Positions 43,258-45,129 of a stretch of DNA of 45,129 bases are shown here, in pieces. The notes under the pieces were generated by a model. It was not told the DNA's origin. It saw only the letters and a list, made by a program, of their open reading frames with translations, and did not search any database. The position numbers were made by a program, and so were the translations under genes. Positions within the stretch are counted from its first letter, which is position 1, and every line of letters starts with the position of its first letter. The stretch is taken from positions 1 to 45,129 of the forward strand of contig NIVC01000005.1 of assembly GCA_002269645.1 (NCBI GenBank), written 5' to 3'. This DNA comes from Macrostomum lignano (lineage: Eukaryota).

Positions 43258-45129
43258 ATCCCAGATCCTCAGCTGCTGGTCCGCCCGCCACAACTCCCAG
43301 ATCCTCAGTTGCTGCGGCCGCCCTCCCAGATCCTCAGTTGCTGGGCCGCCCTCCCAGATCCTCAGTTGCTGGGCCGCCCTCCCAGATCCTCAGTTGCTGG
43401 GCCGCCCTCCCAGATCCTCAGTTGCTGGGCCGCCCTCCCAGATCCTCACTGCTGCGGTCCGCCCGCCACAACTCCCAAATCCTCAGCTGCTGGTCCGCCC
43501 GCCACAACTCCCAAATCCTCAGTTGCTGGGCCGCCCGCCACAACCCCCAGATCCTCAGTTGCTGGGCCGCCTTCCCAGATCCTCAGTTGCTGGGCCGCCT
43601 TCACAACCCCAGATCCTCAGTTGCTGGGCCGCCTTCCCAGATCCTCAGTTGCTGGCCGCCTTCCAGATCCTCAGTTGCTGGGCCGCCTTCCCAGATCCTC
43701 AGTTGCTGGCCGCCTTCCCAGATCCTCAGTTTGCGGCCGCCCGCCACAACCCCCAGATCCTCAGTTGCTGGGCCGCCTTCCCAGATCCTCAGTTGCTGGG
43801 CCGCCCTTCCAGATCCTCAGTTGCTGGACGCCCGCCACAACCCCCAGATCCTCAGTTGCTGGGCGCCTTCCCAGATCCTCAGTTGCTGGGCCGCCCGCCA
43901 CAACCCCAGATCCTCAGTTGCTGGCGCCTTCCCAGATCCTCAGTTGCTGGGCCGCCCTCCCAGATCCTCAGTTGCTGGACCGCCCGCCACAACCCAGATC
44001 CTCAGTTGCTGGGCCGCCCTCCCAGATCCTCAACTGCTGGTCGCCCGCCACAACTCCAAATCCTCAGCTGCTGCGTCCGCCCGCCACAACTCCCAAATCC
44101 TCAGTTGCTGCTGGCGCCCGCCACAACCCCCAGATCCTCAGTTGCTGGGCCGCCTTCCCAGATCCTCAGTTGCTGGGCCGCCGCACAACCCCCAGATCCT
44201 CAGTTGCTGGCCGCCTTCCCAGATCCTCAGTTGCTGGGCGCCTTCCCAGATCCTCAGTTGCTGGCGCCGCCCTTCCCAGATCCTCAGTTGCTGGGCCGCC
44301 CGCCACAACCCCCAGATCCTCAGTTGCTGGCCGCCTTCCCAGATCCTCAGTTGCTGGGCCGCCCCCTCCAGATCCTCAGTTGCTGGACCGCCCGCCACAA
44401 CCCCCAGATCCTCAGTTGCTGGGCCGCCTCTTCCAGATCCTCAGTTGCTGGGCCGCCCGCCACAACCCCCAGATCCTCAGTTGCTGGGCCGCCTTCCCAG
44501 ATCCTCAGTTGCTGGGCCGCCCTCCCAGATCCTCAGTTGCTGGACGCCCGCCACAACCCCCAGATCCTCAGTTGCTGGGCCGCCTTCCCAGATCCTCAGT
44601 TGCTGGCCGCCCTCCCAGATCCTCAGTTGCTGGACCGCCCGCCACAACCCCCAGATCCTCAGTTGCTGGGCCGCCCACCACAACCCCCAGATCCTCAGTT
44701 GCTGGGCGCCCACGCCACACCCCCAGATCCTCAGTTGCTGGGCCGCCCCACAACCCCAGATCCTCAGTTTGCTGGGCCGCCCGCCACAACTCCCAGATCC
44801 TCAGTGCTGGGCCGCCCTCCCAGATCCTCAGTTGCTGACGCCCGCCACAACCCCCAGATCCTCAGTTGCTTGGGCCGCCTTCCCAGATCCTCAGTTGCTG
44901 GGCCGCCCGCCACAACCCCAGATCCTTAGTTGCTGGGCCGCCTTCCCAGATCTCATCAGTTGCTGGGCCGCCGCCACAACCCCCAGATCCTCAGTTGCTG
45001 GGCCGCCTTCCAGATCCTCAGTTGCTGGGCCGCCCACACCCCCAGATCCTCAGTTGCTCGGGCGCCCACCACAACCCCCAGATCCTCAGTTGCTGGGCCG
45101 CCCACCACACAACCCCAGATCCTCAGTTG
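43258..45129. repeat. Mosaic array CCCAGATCCTCAGTTGCTGGGCCGCC(TT/CGCCACAACC) in TMEM68 intron 2
   Basis: Recurrent core CAGATCCTCAGTTGCTG with variable spacers; runs off the window. Confidence 0.95.

Noticed and set aside
43232-44929. Extension of TMEM68 into a 677-aa Pro-rich protein
   Set aside because: GCC|gtgagc donor at 43231 sits where homologs continue with VPIIP; the remainder is minisatellite

Overview
Eukaryotic (invertebrate animal) genomic DNA with GC-rich exons. About 27 distinct tandem arrays cover roughly 40-45% of the window by my hand estimate. The style is consistent with a Macrostomum-type flatworm, but that is an inference. Left to right: (1) the 3' part of an RT/RNase H non-LTR retrotransposon. 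(2) A minus-strand PDE4/dunce-type cAMP phosphodiesterase with 8 phase-consistent core exons (15018 to 4158, including a 32-nt microexon) and a series of candidate alternative 5' exons out to ~29.2 kb that all end in phase 2. (3) Inside its last intron, a Ty3/gypsy gag-protease fragment bracketed by two INVERTED LTR copies, with a 26-bp minisatellite that visibly arose from its own gag sequence. (4) An AT-rich, array-free divergent intergenic region holding a MITE with a 9-bp TSD. (5) A complete 4-exon CASD1 (791 aa) that lacks the DxxH histidine. (6) The first two coding exons of TMEM68. The main unexplained pattern is that almost every intron carries its own private minisatellite, often starting on or next to a splice site and sometimes amplifying the splice site itself. 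No rRNA, tRNA or CRISPR array is supported. All exon models come from manual translation and splice-phase checks, not transcript data.
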